From Fimicolochytrium jonesii (taxonomy: Eukaryota), in the NCBI RefSeq assembly GCF_025526975.1, contig NW_026515668.1, positions 1,364,001 through 1,428,000 on the forward strand: DNA of 64,000 bases, read 5' to 3'. Of this stretch, positions 12,601-24,243 are shown one piece after another. Position numbers and translations under genes: made by a program. A model generated the notes under the pieces. It was not told the DNA's origin, made no database searches, and saw nothing but the letters and a program-made list of their open reading frames with translations. Each line of letters opens with the position of its first letter. Positions within the stretch are counted from its first letter, which is position 1.

Positions 12601-14218
12601 AAAGAGCTTAATTGGGAGACACTGGCAGGCGAAGAAGCAGCCTTTGTACCGAAGCTGAAAGGCGCCGAGGACACGGACTACTTCGACGACAGGGGTGCGA
12701 AGGATATCAGCATAGCGGAAGTGAAAGAGTCCGAGGAACTTGTGAAGACTGCTAGATCCGAGACGCCAGTTGATGAAGGCAGCAAATCGTTCTCTTCATC
12801 CGCACTCAAACCGCCGACCGAGTGCTCGGATATCCACCCAATTGCAGACACATCCATGAACGCCTCTAGCTGTCGGTCAATCGACTCGGAATCTCGGGAA
12901 GAAAACTCTGCGGATTTTGGAGAGTTTGTGTACAAGAATCTGCAGTTGCTTGAGAAAGCAAACAATGACCTTGTCCGCAAGATCCGAAGTGAATCGATAG
13001 GATCTGCGAGCGACATTAGTCGCTCACGACACCGGTCGCTTCCGGCTGGAGTAACGAGCATACCGTCGCTCACTGGCACTTTTTTGAACTCACCAACGTC
13101 TCCCTCACCGACGCCGCTACCACCTTCCACGTCTTCAGCCCCGTTATCACCATCAGCATCCCCAGCGCTTACGAAACCTGCCTTAAAGCATAGCCGGTTG
13201 CGGAATCTCTCTTTCAGTGGGACGTTGCCTCCGGCTGTCGGCGCTTCTTCGCCTCCCAATGCTCCGAGTCCGCCACTGACTACTGCCGCCGGGGACACGC
13301 CCAAATTGGCTAGAGCCCGCTTGGTGAAGGATGGTGAGCCGCAGGGTAGGAGGAACTCCTTGCCGAGCAAGTTCAGGAGCAATGCTCCAGGGCCACTCCC
13401 TATTCCATCGTCAGCCACGACAAGCAACGCGCCTCTTGAAGGGAAACCGTCGGAGCCACATGAATACCTACAGTCGGCAAAGGAGCAGCTGATGAAAGAG
13501 AGGATCCTACCGGCGTCTGCTGTTGCGCTTGGCAATGCGCCAGCCGCCTCAACTATACCCGGCGGAACCTTGTCATCACCCCTTTCGATCATACCCCCAT
13601 CTGTTTCGGGACAACATCCTTCTGTACCAAACACATCCGCTGCGGGACAGGGATCGCCCGGTGCAGGCGGACGCATGTTCGATGTGCTGATCGCGGATGA
13701 TAATCCTGTCAGTCTGCGTATTTTGGAGAAGATGCTCAGCATGCTGGGCTGCCGATGTGTTATTGTTCGGAATGGTGCCGAAGCGATCCGGTGCGCGCTC
13801 GGGGAAGTGAAGTTTGACGTTATATTCATGGACATTCGCATGCCTATAGGTACGACCAGTCTACAAAAATGACTATCGATTGAATCATTTTCTGATGTGT
13901 GCTTTCATCTTGCTAGTCGATGGAGAGACGGCAGCACGAATGATCAAAACGACGAACAATGTCAACCAGCTCACACCGATCGTGGCCATCACCGCTTATG
14001 AGCAAACCTACCACCTGAGTCAGCAATTCGACGATACCATGAGCAAACCTATCATGAAGGACGTTCTCCAAAGAATATTGAATGCTGTGGGTGGGAGTGG
14101 AGGCGCCGTACCGACCAACTATAGTGGACAACCACCCGCGGCTCCCAAGGCTTTAGTTGGAACTGGCGCTATCGCTGGTGCAAAGCCAACGATTCCCAAC
14201 GCCGCCCCGGTGATTTGA
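6614..14218 (+). CDS. RIM15: Rim15/Cek1 (Greatwall-family) AGC kinase with PAS domain, Zn finger, split kinase domain and C-terminal receiver domain
   Basis: PAS (DGKILYVSP..YRARRKDGRWLEMEG), CNICER..FEEHSESCSQVH, PSIKDFDIIKPISKGAFGSVYL, HRDLKPDN, DFGLS + long insert + GTPDYLAPE, REC domain. Introns at about 11731-11807, 12304-12369 and 13849-13917. Confidence 0.95.
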
Positions 14219-14480
14219 GAAAGGCCTCACCACCCTTCACATTTCGTTTTCTCCGCACACATTTTTTCCTGTTTCGTCTCTGGACCGTCGCCTGATTTAT
14301 ACCGTTGAGTGAAGTTCTGCGACTGCCCTGCAAGGCTTTTCACGTCACCCCACCGTCCCTGATCCTCTGATTGCTTTGACTGAACTGTAAATTTTTTATA
14401 CCCAAAATACCATACATACAGTGGGGTACAACGTGCGATTTGACCCAGATCATTTTTCCTCGCAACCCATCATGGTCGCT

Positions 14481-15482
14481 TCAACTCCATATACCGTTAC
14501 CGAGACCCTCACTTCCTGACGGATCCCGACTGTGTTGCTGCTGCTGCTGCTGCTGCTGCTGGCCTTTTGCCAGCGTCCTCTCCCGAAGTTTCTGCTTGTC
14601 TCGCTCTATCTCTTTCGCCACCCACGACTTTTCTTGCTCTTTTCGATAGGCGAGGAGCCGTGCTTTTTGTTCATCGATCTGCGCTAACTTCGCAGCTTTG
14701 ACCTAATTATTATTGGCACGGTTCGGAGTTAGATTGTCTGTGAAAGCTGCAAAACGCTGTGTCATTAGGATACGTACTCTTTCTGCCTTCCGTAAATTCT
14801 CTTTTTGCTTCTTCGTCAACGTAGGATCTGAAGCATTCAGAGGAGCGGGTTCATATGACGATACTGACGATGAAGAACCGACAATCGTCATGGTCCGTGG
14901 CTTGGTCGGTTTTTCTGATGTGACAATAAATCAGCTTCCACTCGGTAGAACCAGTCCTGCAGGTGAAGCTTACTCACTTGGCGCATCCACGATCTGCCAT
15001 CCGTCTTCCACTACCATTGCCGACGCAAGCTCGTCAGGCTTGACTCGTAACACGCGCTGCATGACCCCGTCGTCTTCATCGTCCGTATCCATATCTGGCT
15101 TCCAAGGGGCCGCTGGTGCAGGTGAAGGTGCCGGCGATGCTCGCGCAGACGCGGCCGAAGGCACGATCTCAGCCTCAGAGTTGGCTGGTGACACCTTCTC
15201 GCCTGCGATAGGTGCTACGTGAGCTTTCGCCTGTTGTTTGCTCTTTCCCTTTTTGTTTTTCCTCTTCTTCGTGGTGGTAGCGGCAGCATTCTCCACCACT
15301 CCCGATACCCCGCCCTTCTTCGAGTCGGGATTTGGCTTGTTGCCCTTCGGGCTTTTCGAAGGACTCGAGTCTTTCAAGGTTGGCGGAGGATTGCTGGGGC
15401 CACCTTCTTTTCCGTCAGACCGGTTTGAGAAGAGCCAGAAGAGGCCCACGGTAACCGTCACCAAGACATAGATGGCAATCAT
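14481..15482 (-). CDS. Hypothetical protein: N-terminal membrane anchor, Lys-rich low-complexity region, C-terminal coiled coil and poly-Gln
   Basis: MIAIYVLVTVTVGLFWLF hydrophobic start. Two GT-AG introns (~14973-14919, ~14775-14703) link to LTKKQKENLRKAER|VKAAKLAQIDEQKARLLAYRKEQE..GNGIWS*. Confidence 0.75.
14536..14561. repeat. (CTG/CAG)n microsatellite encoding poly-Q on the minus strand
   Basis: tgctgctgctgctgctgctgctgctg. Confidence 0.9.
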
Positions 15483-15922
15483 TATTCCGATCCCAATTGT
15501 GCGAATGGGGCGCAGAATGAAATCAGCTGGAGTTCGCCCTTGTTATTCCCGCTGCTGAGGTATGCGGTGTAATGAATGAACGCTTTTGAGGGCCAGCGAC
15601 GAGTGATGGGCAAGACACGAGATCAGAAACCAAACTCGGCAAATAGCAGCCGTTTTGGCTTTCGCATGAGCAAGTCGAACAGCCTTCGCGCCTGCTTTCA
15701 CGCGTTCATCAAGCTTTTAAGTTACAACTAGCACCGCTTTCAGAATCGGCAGCTAACCTCTTCAACAAATTCAACGCACCCTGGCACAATGATCGCTCTC
15801 CACTTTGACTCTATAAGCTCCATTATCGTTGCTGTGAGGGAGACCTGGTATGGCATCGCGGAAATGCAGCAGGCGCAAGGCGAACACTGCGCAGCAATGA
15901 ATCAGTCACGTGAGCTAGTATT

Positions 15923-15962
15923 CCTGTGAACTATAAACAAGCCCTGTGAACTATAAAAAAGC
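15923..15962. repeat. 20-bp tandem duplication, each unit containing TATAAA
   Basis: cctgtgaactataaacaagc followed by cctgtgaactataaaaaagc, in a divergent intergenic region. Confidence 0.9.
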
Positions 15963-16704
15963 CCTTGCAACTCAACATTGCACCGCATTCTGCAACTCCT
16001 CTGCAGAAATCACCTACACCAATCACACTTCCGAGTCGTCCTGCATAGTGCCTACCATCCAAAGTCATTATTCAGAAGCGGAGATAGTACGCGCAGCTTG
16101 CGGACAGGCCCGTTAGGAACAACGTAACGTTGAAAAGCTTTCATGAGTAGTCGGGTACCCCATTTATTAGTAGAATTACTAGTCCTGTTTTATCCGTGGA
16201 CTTGTATATGGGACACACTTGGGAATAATGCGGAAACTCAGTTTTCCTTCAGCTCCTTTTTCATGCGGTCCACGCCTCTAGCGGTGTGGTTCGGCGAATC
16301 AGGGCTGGTAAATCTCTTTATGTTTTACGACAAGCGTCTGTCAACAGGCGTGAAAGTTCTGTTTGCAGGACGGCATCTTTTTCAATAGAGGACTCCTGTC
16401 TTGTATGAATGTACGGTACACTCATTATGGGCGTTGGGGACAACTGAAGCGGGTGCGAAAGCCAGCGGAACGGTCTGGAAAATTGTGGAAAAACGCTGTG
16501 CAATTCGCGCGTCCAGCTGTTGCAGACTCGATGACCTCAAAAAGCCCCGCTTGAAAAAGAGTTCCCCGCAAACGCTCTCCATTTGATCACTCTCTTCCCT
16601 CGCCCGTGCAACATCTGCAAACACTCGCTCTTTGTGGAGGCATGTCTACACTCATTCATGACTCCCGCATCCCTGCGCTGTGGCCTCACTCTCCAAAATC
16701 ACAC

Positions 16705-17379
16705 ATGGCGCGCCCGAAAAGGAGACTAGATGAGGACGACGGGAATCAGGCGAAGCGCCTGAGGCGGGACGAGGGGTCGCTGCAGGACCACGTCAACCCG
16801 ATTGTGCAAGGCCCGTCTGCGTTCGCTGGAAGTTTTCACACGGCCGACGCTAAAATACCGGTGCAAAGCATCAATTTGCCTTTCCCGTCTCCTCGGCCGA
16901 AACGCCAACGAGATCAGGACGATGACGACGATACCGATAGCCTGCCAAGCATCGACCTGCAACCCCTTACGAAACGAATACGACCGATGGAACAGTCAGT
17001 GCCCGACCTTACAACAACCATCCAAAGATCGCAACCCGTCGCGTTGGATACGGATAGCTTGGCCCTCGTCCCGTATATACGACAATCGCCACCTGCAGAG
17101 AGTATGCCGATTCCGACTACAAAGGAACATGCCTTTTCAATCGATGAGATGTTGGCGCAGAACCTGCATGCGCCTTCTTGGGGCGACTTTCCACGATATA
17201 GTTTTAGTGAGGGAGACGGGCAACTAGTATTGTACACAGGGGGAAGATGGAAGCCGCGAGAGACGGGTGAGGACGAAGCGTCCATGGAGGATCAGCAGTG
17301 GGGTGGGGCGGGTAGAGAGGGGCAGTTCTCTGGGGAGGGAGCGGGCGTGAGCTCGGATATGATGGAGATAGATTGTTGA
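16705..17379 (+). CDS. Hypothetical disordered protein with NLS-like basic clusters
   Basis: Single open frame MARPKRRLDEDD..AKRLRR..PRPKRQRD..TKRIRP with two LVPY/LVLY motifs, followed by an AT-rich 3' region. An in-frame ATG ~60 nt upstream is an alternative start. Confidence 0.7.
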   Translation: MARPKRRLDEDDGNQAKRLRRDEGSLQDHVNPIVQGPSAFAGSFHTADAKIPVQSINLPFPSPRPKRQRDQDDDDDTDSLPSIDLQPLTKRIRPMEQSVPDLTTTIQRSQPVALDTDSLALVPYIRQSPPAESMPIPTTKEHAFSIDEMLAQNLHAPSWGDFPRYSFSEGDGQLVLYTGGRWKPRETGEDEASMEDQQWGGAGREGQFSGEGAGVSSDMMEIDC

Positions 17380-17629
17380 CTGTTTAGGATGATCCGAGCC
17401 AAATGTACATATAAGATTATCGCTGGTGAACTCCTATTCCGTGGCAGCAAGATTTCCGTTGCATGTACATTTTCGAGTGAAAGTGCCTTGCGAATAATAA
17501 CGTGTTTCCGAGTTTCCAATACTGTGGTCTCGATGCAGGGGTGTATTTTCAAGATGCGTTGAACCATTTATTAAGTGTCAAATTCGTTTTTTGTAATGTG
17601 TAATGCTCAAGACCGGTCTGCGTCTCCCA

Positions 17630-18873
17630 TCATGCCTCCTCTTCGCTTTCTTCCTGCGAGTTTTCGTCCTCATCCACCAGGGCGAATTCGATGATGAAGA
17701 AAGGAATATCTTTGGACATGGACTTAGAGATAAGTCGCAGTGGGTGCTTGTTGAGGTACTGGAGGAGGTTGATATTGATTCCCAGGTTGAGGTCGAAGGT
17801 GTTGAGATCGATGAATGGGGCAAACATCTGGAAGAAAGACAATGGCATGTCAGATTCAAATGAAACCGCCTTTGAGGTGCGAATGTCCTCGATGCGAGTG
17901 GGGATGCAGGTATGAATTTATACCTCCACATTATAAAGATTTTCGGGCTTCAATATCGTTGCCTTCCGCACAGACTCTTTCTGGAAGTATTTCCGACGCT
18001 CCGCGATGCCGTCGGCTGGCACTGGCGTCTTGCCGTCAAAGAGAAGCGTATTGTTCTCCTGCAACTCCTCCGGTCCAACCCACACCCATTTGCCCAGCAA
18101 ATCATCCGTTTCGGTGTTGGTCTCCAAAATGGTCTTCCGCGGCTTGGATATTTCCTTGGACGCGTCCGCTGGCTTCGTGACATCCGGTACGCTGAGCTGC
18201 ACGGGAGAACTCGTGGGAGACCCCGCTGGCGTTTCTGTTACCGCCGGATGAGCGCCCTTCACTGGTGCGGAAGCCTTTGTCACATTGACGATGTTGTATG
18301 AACACAGAGCTGGACTCCACAACCATGGCTTGTCGGCGTATATATCGCTTTTGAGCGCCGGATCTATGAGATTCGCGAATTTGATGGCGACCCATGCGCC
18401 GGTTGGGGGCGTCACTTTGTGCTCGAAAGCCGAGCCGAAAACGACATCGTTGGCGGTGTATTCCTGAATGAATCAAGAAACACGTTACTAATGACTTTGC
18501 TGAAAATATCCCATCTGGATTTCCTTCCTTTGCTCCTCTGCGCCGGTTTTTTTCCCAGACTGACTATTTTCACACGCGAACTCACATGCTTGTATCGTCC
18601 ACAAACTTGAACGGAAAACAACCGCTTCTTGTTGCTGAAGTACTCCAGGTCTGAAATGGGCTCGGAACCATCCGGAGTGATGCCGTTAAAGTTCTTCACG
18701 CGAACGGCAACATATCCAGTGAAGTATGGGGAGTCGATGAAGTGCGGGTTCTCTTCATCGTTGACGTGGGCGACGGTCAAGGAGTTCAAGGAAGGCCCGA
18801 TTCGACATCGGAGCTTCTTGTTTCCCACAGCGGCTTGCCCGCTAGCCCCAAATAAGTAATCCAGTTTGCCTAT
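17630..18873 (-). CDS. DUF1769-family protein, three exons; start codon unresolved
   Basis: KLRCRIGPS..VNDE..IDSPYFTGYVAVRVKNF..YFSNKKRLFSVQVCGR, DVVFG, IDPALKSDIYADKPWLWSPAL, RRKYF, FAPFIDLNTF match my recollection of DUF1769. Introns at about 18585-18465 and 17923-17828. Confidence 0.85.
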
Positions 18874-19509
18874 TTTGACGATTTCTCAAGGGGAGAAGAG
18901 CTGTGCTGTCGGTTTCAAACGCTGTGGGGCGTTCCACGATGAGCTGAGTGATAGTGATGCGCGACACAAAGTACTGTACGAGTTTCGGAAGTGGCACTCA
19001 CTAAGTGAGAAGGCCTAAGGAGATTTGGTCGGCGAATCAGGTTGGGGACGGCGGCAAGCGGTGTTTCTGGCCGAGGCCAAACGAGAAAGCTTCTCAACGT
19101 TCTTGACGCGCGACGAAACCGGTGGAGCTTGCTTGGATCAGGCCACATTTGCCTATACTAGTGGCCTATGACGCAGAGGGTTGGCCGCGTGTTTTAATAT
19201 CTACGACTGCGCTTCGGGTTGTTCTCGGACGTCCGCGTAGACCTCCGACGGCTGACCGCCCACGACATCACCCTCAGTACAGTACGTATGCATGTGCATG
19301 CATGCAGAGCATTGTAGGGCATTGCAGGGTCTCAGGCAGCTCAATTTCTAAGAGATCCTGTGTGTTCTTCAGTCTTCTTCTTCTCAAACGGTACATTTGA
19401 GACCTACACATGTACATGCAAGCTTTACAGAAACGCTGAAAGATGAACATGCCCAATGGCTCCTCCCGGGCACGCTACGCTAGCAGATGCATCCACTCAT
19501 ACGAACTAT

Positions 19510-20425
19510 CTAGCGGGGTAGCTTCGTTTTCACCTCTCGAGAAACCTTTGCAAACAGAGAAGCCAGTTCGTTCCTGTACGCGTAGGCCACCCCAACTGCC
19601 GCTACGGCGGCCAGGGGCGGTAACACTTTGCGGGAAAAGTTGCCCCACAAAAGTGTAACAAAGTGCTTAGGGACTTTGGACGGTCGGAAATTGCTGTTGA
19701 TGAGCACTTGCTGGCCGACGAAAATCTCGGACTCCTCTGCCGCCTTCAGTAGCAGAGCCGCCAGATCTGGATACGTCACATTGTTCGTGCCAGATACCAA
19801 TCCGGATGTCGCATAGGTGTAGCCGTGCGCCGGAGCGTCGTGGAGCGCAGGTGGCTGAATGATACTCCAGGTCGCCAGAGCTTTGTTGCCGGGCTGTTTA
19901 TCCCATTCGAGGAGGAGATCTTGTGCCCGGTCGTGGTCTTTGTAAATCTCACCAACTAGGAAACCCATCACGAGCTTCTGAATAGCTGGCTCCTGATCAA
20001 CGTATAGCTTGTTCGAACCGCAAGCTGTGAGAAGCACAATGTGAACAGGCTTCTTGGTCGGCGAACCTTTAACGGCTAGAAGGACGTTTGCGACGGCATC
20101 GCGGTGTAGTGTTGTCGGAGTGTTCGACAGAGTTCCGACCGTGATGATCACTGCTTGGCACCCAGCGAAAGCACTGGCGACTTGCACGCTATTGCTGACA
20201 TCTCCTTGGAAGACTTTGACGTTTGAGTTCTCTCTGATCTTCTGGGGGAGCTTGCTAGGCGTTCTTGCAAGTAGATGGAGCTGCGAAGTGCGGAGAATGT
20301 AAGCAGAGGCTTGCGAAAGCCGTTGAAGAACTTCAGAGTCCATTTACAGTGTGACCGTGTTCCAGAGCCTGCTCGACGACGTTGATACCGGTCAGTCCGG
20401 TCGCTCCTAGGAGGAGTAGCTTCAT
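19510..20425 (-). CDS. NAD(P)-binding Rossmann oxidoreductase (flavin reductase/BLVRB-like atypical SDR) with hydrophobic C-terminal tail
   Basis: Exon 1 (20425-20348) encodes MKLLLLGATGLTGINVVEQALEHGHT; intron 20347-20281; then LHLLARTPSKL..VFQGDV..WSIIQPPAL. The ORF-track start at 20343 lies inside the intron. Confidence 0.9.
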
Positions 20426-20818
20426 AGCTTCGGTGTATGCGTGAGGGTCGGTTGAGATGTCGCCGAGAGATGTCCTTGAGGGGAACGTCAATCGCGACGA
20501 AACACGAGAAGCTCGTGAAGGGGAATGCTGGATGATGACGCGGAGTGAGAGAGCTTTGAATGCACGAGGGCGGCCAATCAGACTCTTCAGACTCGCTTCT
20601 CTTGTTCAAAGCAACCGCACCAGACCCCCCCCATCTTCACGATTCTATCCACTCCCTCAAACGCACAGGTCCCACTTCTTCAAAGCGGCAAGAGACGAAG
20701 CTACTCTCTGGCATAGGCAAAGGACCGAGTGCAACTGTTCCCCTAAACTATCTCGCTGGACTAGAGGCCACTTCGAGCTCGACGTGGCGTTTCCTTCTTC
20801 GCTGCACACACTTTCAAG

Positions 20819-22600
20819 ATGGCAGACCCGGACAACGGTTGGCGTTTTGCCCAGTGTTTTGGGGACAAGGGAGACGTTGAGGATGTAACAGAAGGTTGGT
20901 TTGGATGTGGCGCTAATGTCTTTGCGTTGGGACCCTCGGGATTGTGACTCGGACATCGGTTCTTCCCTTCACGCGACGTTCCTTTGACCTCTTTTCTCAC
21001 GCAGCCGATATCATATCGGCCGTGGAGTTCGACACGTCTGGCGACTTCCTTGCGACCGGAGACAAAGGTGGACGCATTGTTTTGTTCGAAAGGAACGAAG
21101 GCGTAAGTGGCTCGGGCGATTGCCTTCGCATCATGAACGCAATGCCGCTCACGAGTTTCTTCTTTCCCCACAGAAAAAGGGCTGTGAATACAAGTTCTAC
21201 ACGGAATTTCAGTCGCACGAGCCAGAGTTCGACTATTTAAAGAGTTTGGAGATCGAGGAGAAAATCAACAAGATTAGATGGTGTAGACGCCAGAATGCCG
21301 CTCACTTCCTCTTGTCTACCAATGGTATGCCATTCCTATGTCTCGAATCTGTGAATCTCCCGTTAAAGCATGATTTTGAACAGACAAAACGATCAAGCTC
21401 TGGAAGATTTTCGAGAAGCCCCTAAAGGTCGTTTCAGAGACGAATCTACCGGTAGACGCTACACCAGCACGAGGAAATCTGTCCAAATCGTCACTCAAAC
21501 TACCGCGCTTGATACACCATGACACGATGATTGCCGCAGTACCACGGAAGATATACCAGAACGCCCATGCCTACCATATCAACTCCATATCAGTGAACTC
21601 TGACGGCGAGACATATCTCTCCGCGGATGACTTACGGATCAACCTTTGGAACCTGAACGTTTCCGACCAGAGTTTCAGTAAGCACCGGGCTTGGGCACGC
21701 GATTTGTAGCTCGGCGGACGAAAACTCAACGCTCCTCAATCGTGATTTAGATGTCGTCGATATCAAACCTGTGAACATGGAAGAGTTGACGGAAGTCATC
21801 ACCGCAGCCGAGTTCCATCCATCGCAGTGCAACTTGTTTGTGTATAGCAGCAGCAAGGGGACAATCAAGCTGAATGATATGAGAATGGCAGCCTTGTGTG
21901 ATCGCCACTCGAAGCGTAAGGGACCATGGTTTTCCTGGGCCACCGAGTTTGGGGGCTAATCACAAAACGGCTATCTTTCCAGTGTTCGAAGAGGAGGAGG
22001 ACCCACAAAACAAGTCATTTTTCTCGGAAATCATTTCGTCGATATCCGACTTGAAGTTCAGCCGGGATGGACGTTACATCTTGTCGAGGGACTACCTGAC
22101 GCTCAAGATCTGGGACATTAACATGGAATCAAAGCCCGTTCAAACGATAAATATACATGATCAGCTCAAGAGCAAGCTCTGCGACCTCTACGAGAACGAT
22201 TGCATATTTGACAAGTTCGAGTGCACATTCAGCGGGAACGGCCAGTGAGTATCGCCTGTTTCGAATGCCGCTCCTGGAAATCACATTATTAAGATGCAAC
22301 CTTTGTAGGTCTGTTTTGACGGGATCTTACAACAACTACTTCCACGTGTATGACTTGGAAAACAACAACGACGTTGTCCTACAAGCGGACAAGAGCGCGT
22401 TCAAGGCAAAACGAGTAGGATCGACAAAGAACAAGCCAGGGGCAACGGGTTTTGCCAACAACCGAAAACAGCGGTCCGAGGACATCTCCTTCTCAGACCC
22501 CGCCGACTTTTCCAAAAAGATTCTGCACGCGTCCTGGCATCCTCAGGAGAATACCGTAGCACTGGCCGCGACAAACAACTTGTTTTTGTTCCAACAATAG
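20819..22600 (+). CDS. CDC55: Protein phosphatase 2A regulatory subunit B (B55)
   Basis: [90 protein letters not shown]. About six introns. Confidence 0.97.
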
Positions 22601-22854
22601 CGAATGCGAATCCCGTGTTGTCCACAGAGGGGGGTTCATTGTTCTGTGTTGTTACGCCATCAAAATTCCACTTGTTCGTGCAGCACCTTTACATCACCAA
22701 CGAGACTGCCAGTGGGGAACGTGCAGAGATGGGAAGTAATATGGGCTATCCAGACTCACATAACACGCCACACGAAAGGCACAAAATCTCGCATACGCAT
22801 CGCCTCTGCCATCCGTAAGCGTCCGCTCAAACATATGCTCCCTCTCGCATCGCT

Positions 22855-23998
22855 CTAGTCCGAGTTTCCGAAATATATCCCCTCCTGAGCAATCCAAGTT
22901 TGATCATTCCCAGTCGAACTCGCAGCGCTAACTTCCATCTGCCCTGGTGGCTTGATGTTGTAGGTGTTCCCGGCAGTCACGCTGAGATACTTGCCAGTCT
23001 CCAAATGTTCTGCGATGGCGATATGTTAGGGGTAGCCAGCATTGGGAAGTGAAAGTATCGTCCACTTACGCAGTCTTACGGGACTCTCCCTCGTCCAAAA
23101 TTTCTCGGCGCTGTTCACGCAGACCAGCTTCCAGTCGTCACCTTGAGGATAGGAACAGTACCATCAGCTTCCAAGCCTGGTAGCTGGGAACATCGCGATG
23201 ATTTGGTGCCATACCTTTGTCGACCCCATCGAATGCCGATACTTCCTGGTTCTTGCTATGTGGCGATCGATGGGCGGCATGGCTGTGAAGGTATTTCTTT
23301 GTAACCAGATGCTGTCGATGTAGGCGCCGGTCAGATCAATCATGAGTACACGAGGCCCAGAAAACGACTTGGATACATACGAGTAAACGGAAAACCGAAC
23401 CGCACTCGATTCTCGTTCTTCAGATCATCACAGGATTGAGGTTAGGTTCTCTCATCTTCGGCAACCTTCGACGCACTCATTGATTAATTGCATACTTGCG
23501 CGTGCAGTCCGGCTGCCCATACGGAGACTGGACCAAAAAGTAAGAAGATGGATCATCCCCTCTCGGAAGGCATGTCACGGCTGAAGGAGTTTCGGGTCAA
23601 CGTTTCGCCAGATCGCAACCCATTTGACTTATCATGCTCATTCGAAAGACCCTCAATCCATACCTTGCTGCCCGCTGGAAGACATATGAACGTCAGCGTG
23701 AAGCTCGGAGGACAACGTCGCGTGGTTCCGTTCTACTTACCTTCCCGTGCCGTAGTTCACCGATAGCTATCGCAAGTCATGACACCGCCGTATGGATGAG
23801 TAGCTCGCCTCTACGTCGCGTGGAGTCAAAACGGGCTCTTACCGAGTTCAACCGACACTCAATCCCTTTGTTAGTCAGTTTGACTGCACTGGAACAAGCA
23901 ACGTGCTTGAACTCGTCTTCTATGACAAACGCATGCTGCTCCGCTGCGACTGCCGATACTATCGACAGTACTGCCGCTGCTACCACCGCAGATCGCAT
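22855..23998 (-). CDS. SDF2: SDF2/SDF2L1-like secretory MIR-domain protein, 8 exons
   Basis: Signal peptide, then VACSSAVKL..RLNSLSVNYGTGSGQQAVT..IECGSVFRLLHLVTKKYLHSH..SKNQEVSAF..GDDWKLVC..VRLQHLETGKYL..GQMEVSA..WIAQEGIYF. The frame holds across seven GT-AG introns. Confidence 0.9.
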
Positions 23999-24243
23999 TC
24001 TGAACTTATTTGTGTTCGATTGTCCCACGTCTTCTACAGCTATCGCTCTATAGAGCAAGGTGACGGTCAGCCAACATTGGCGGCAACAACGGCCATTCTT
24101 CCCCTTAAACCCCACCTTTGCAAACCAGACAAGTAAAAAACGACAGAATTCGTACACCGCGATAGCTCTTTCTTGACGCTCTTGACGCGTACCGCAGCCG
24201 CACTAGGTCGCTCTCGCTGTTCAGCACATCCGTATTCACAGCA

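Noticed and set aside
12678..13841. 387-aa antisense ORF (also 9499-10371, 30265-30954, 52620-53318)
   Set aside because: Shadow ORFs opposite well-supported genes, with no recognisable motifs.
13870..13875. TGA CTA readthrough context at the end of ORF 11617-13872
   Set aside because: It lies inside the last Rim15 intron and is not the real stop.
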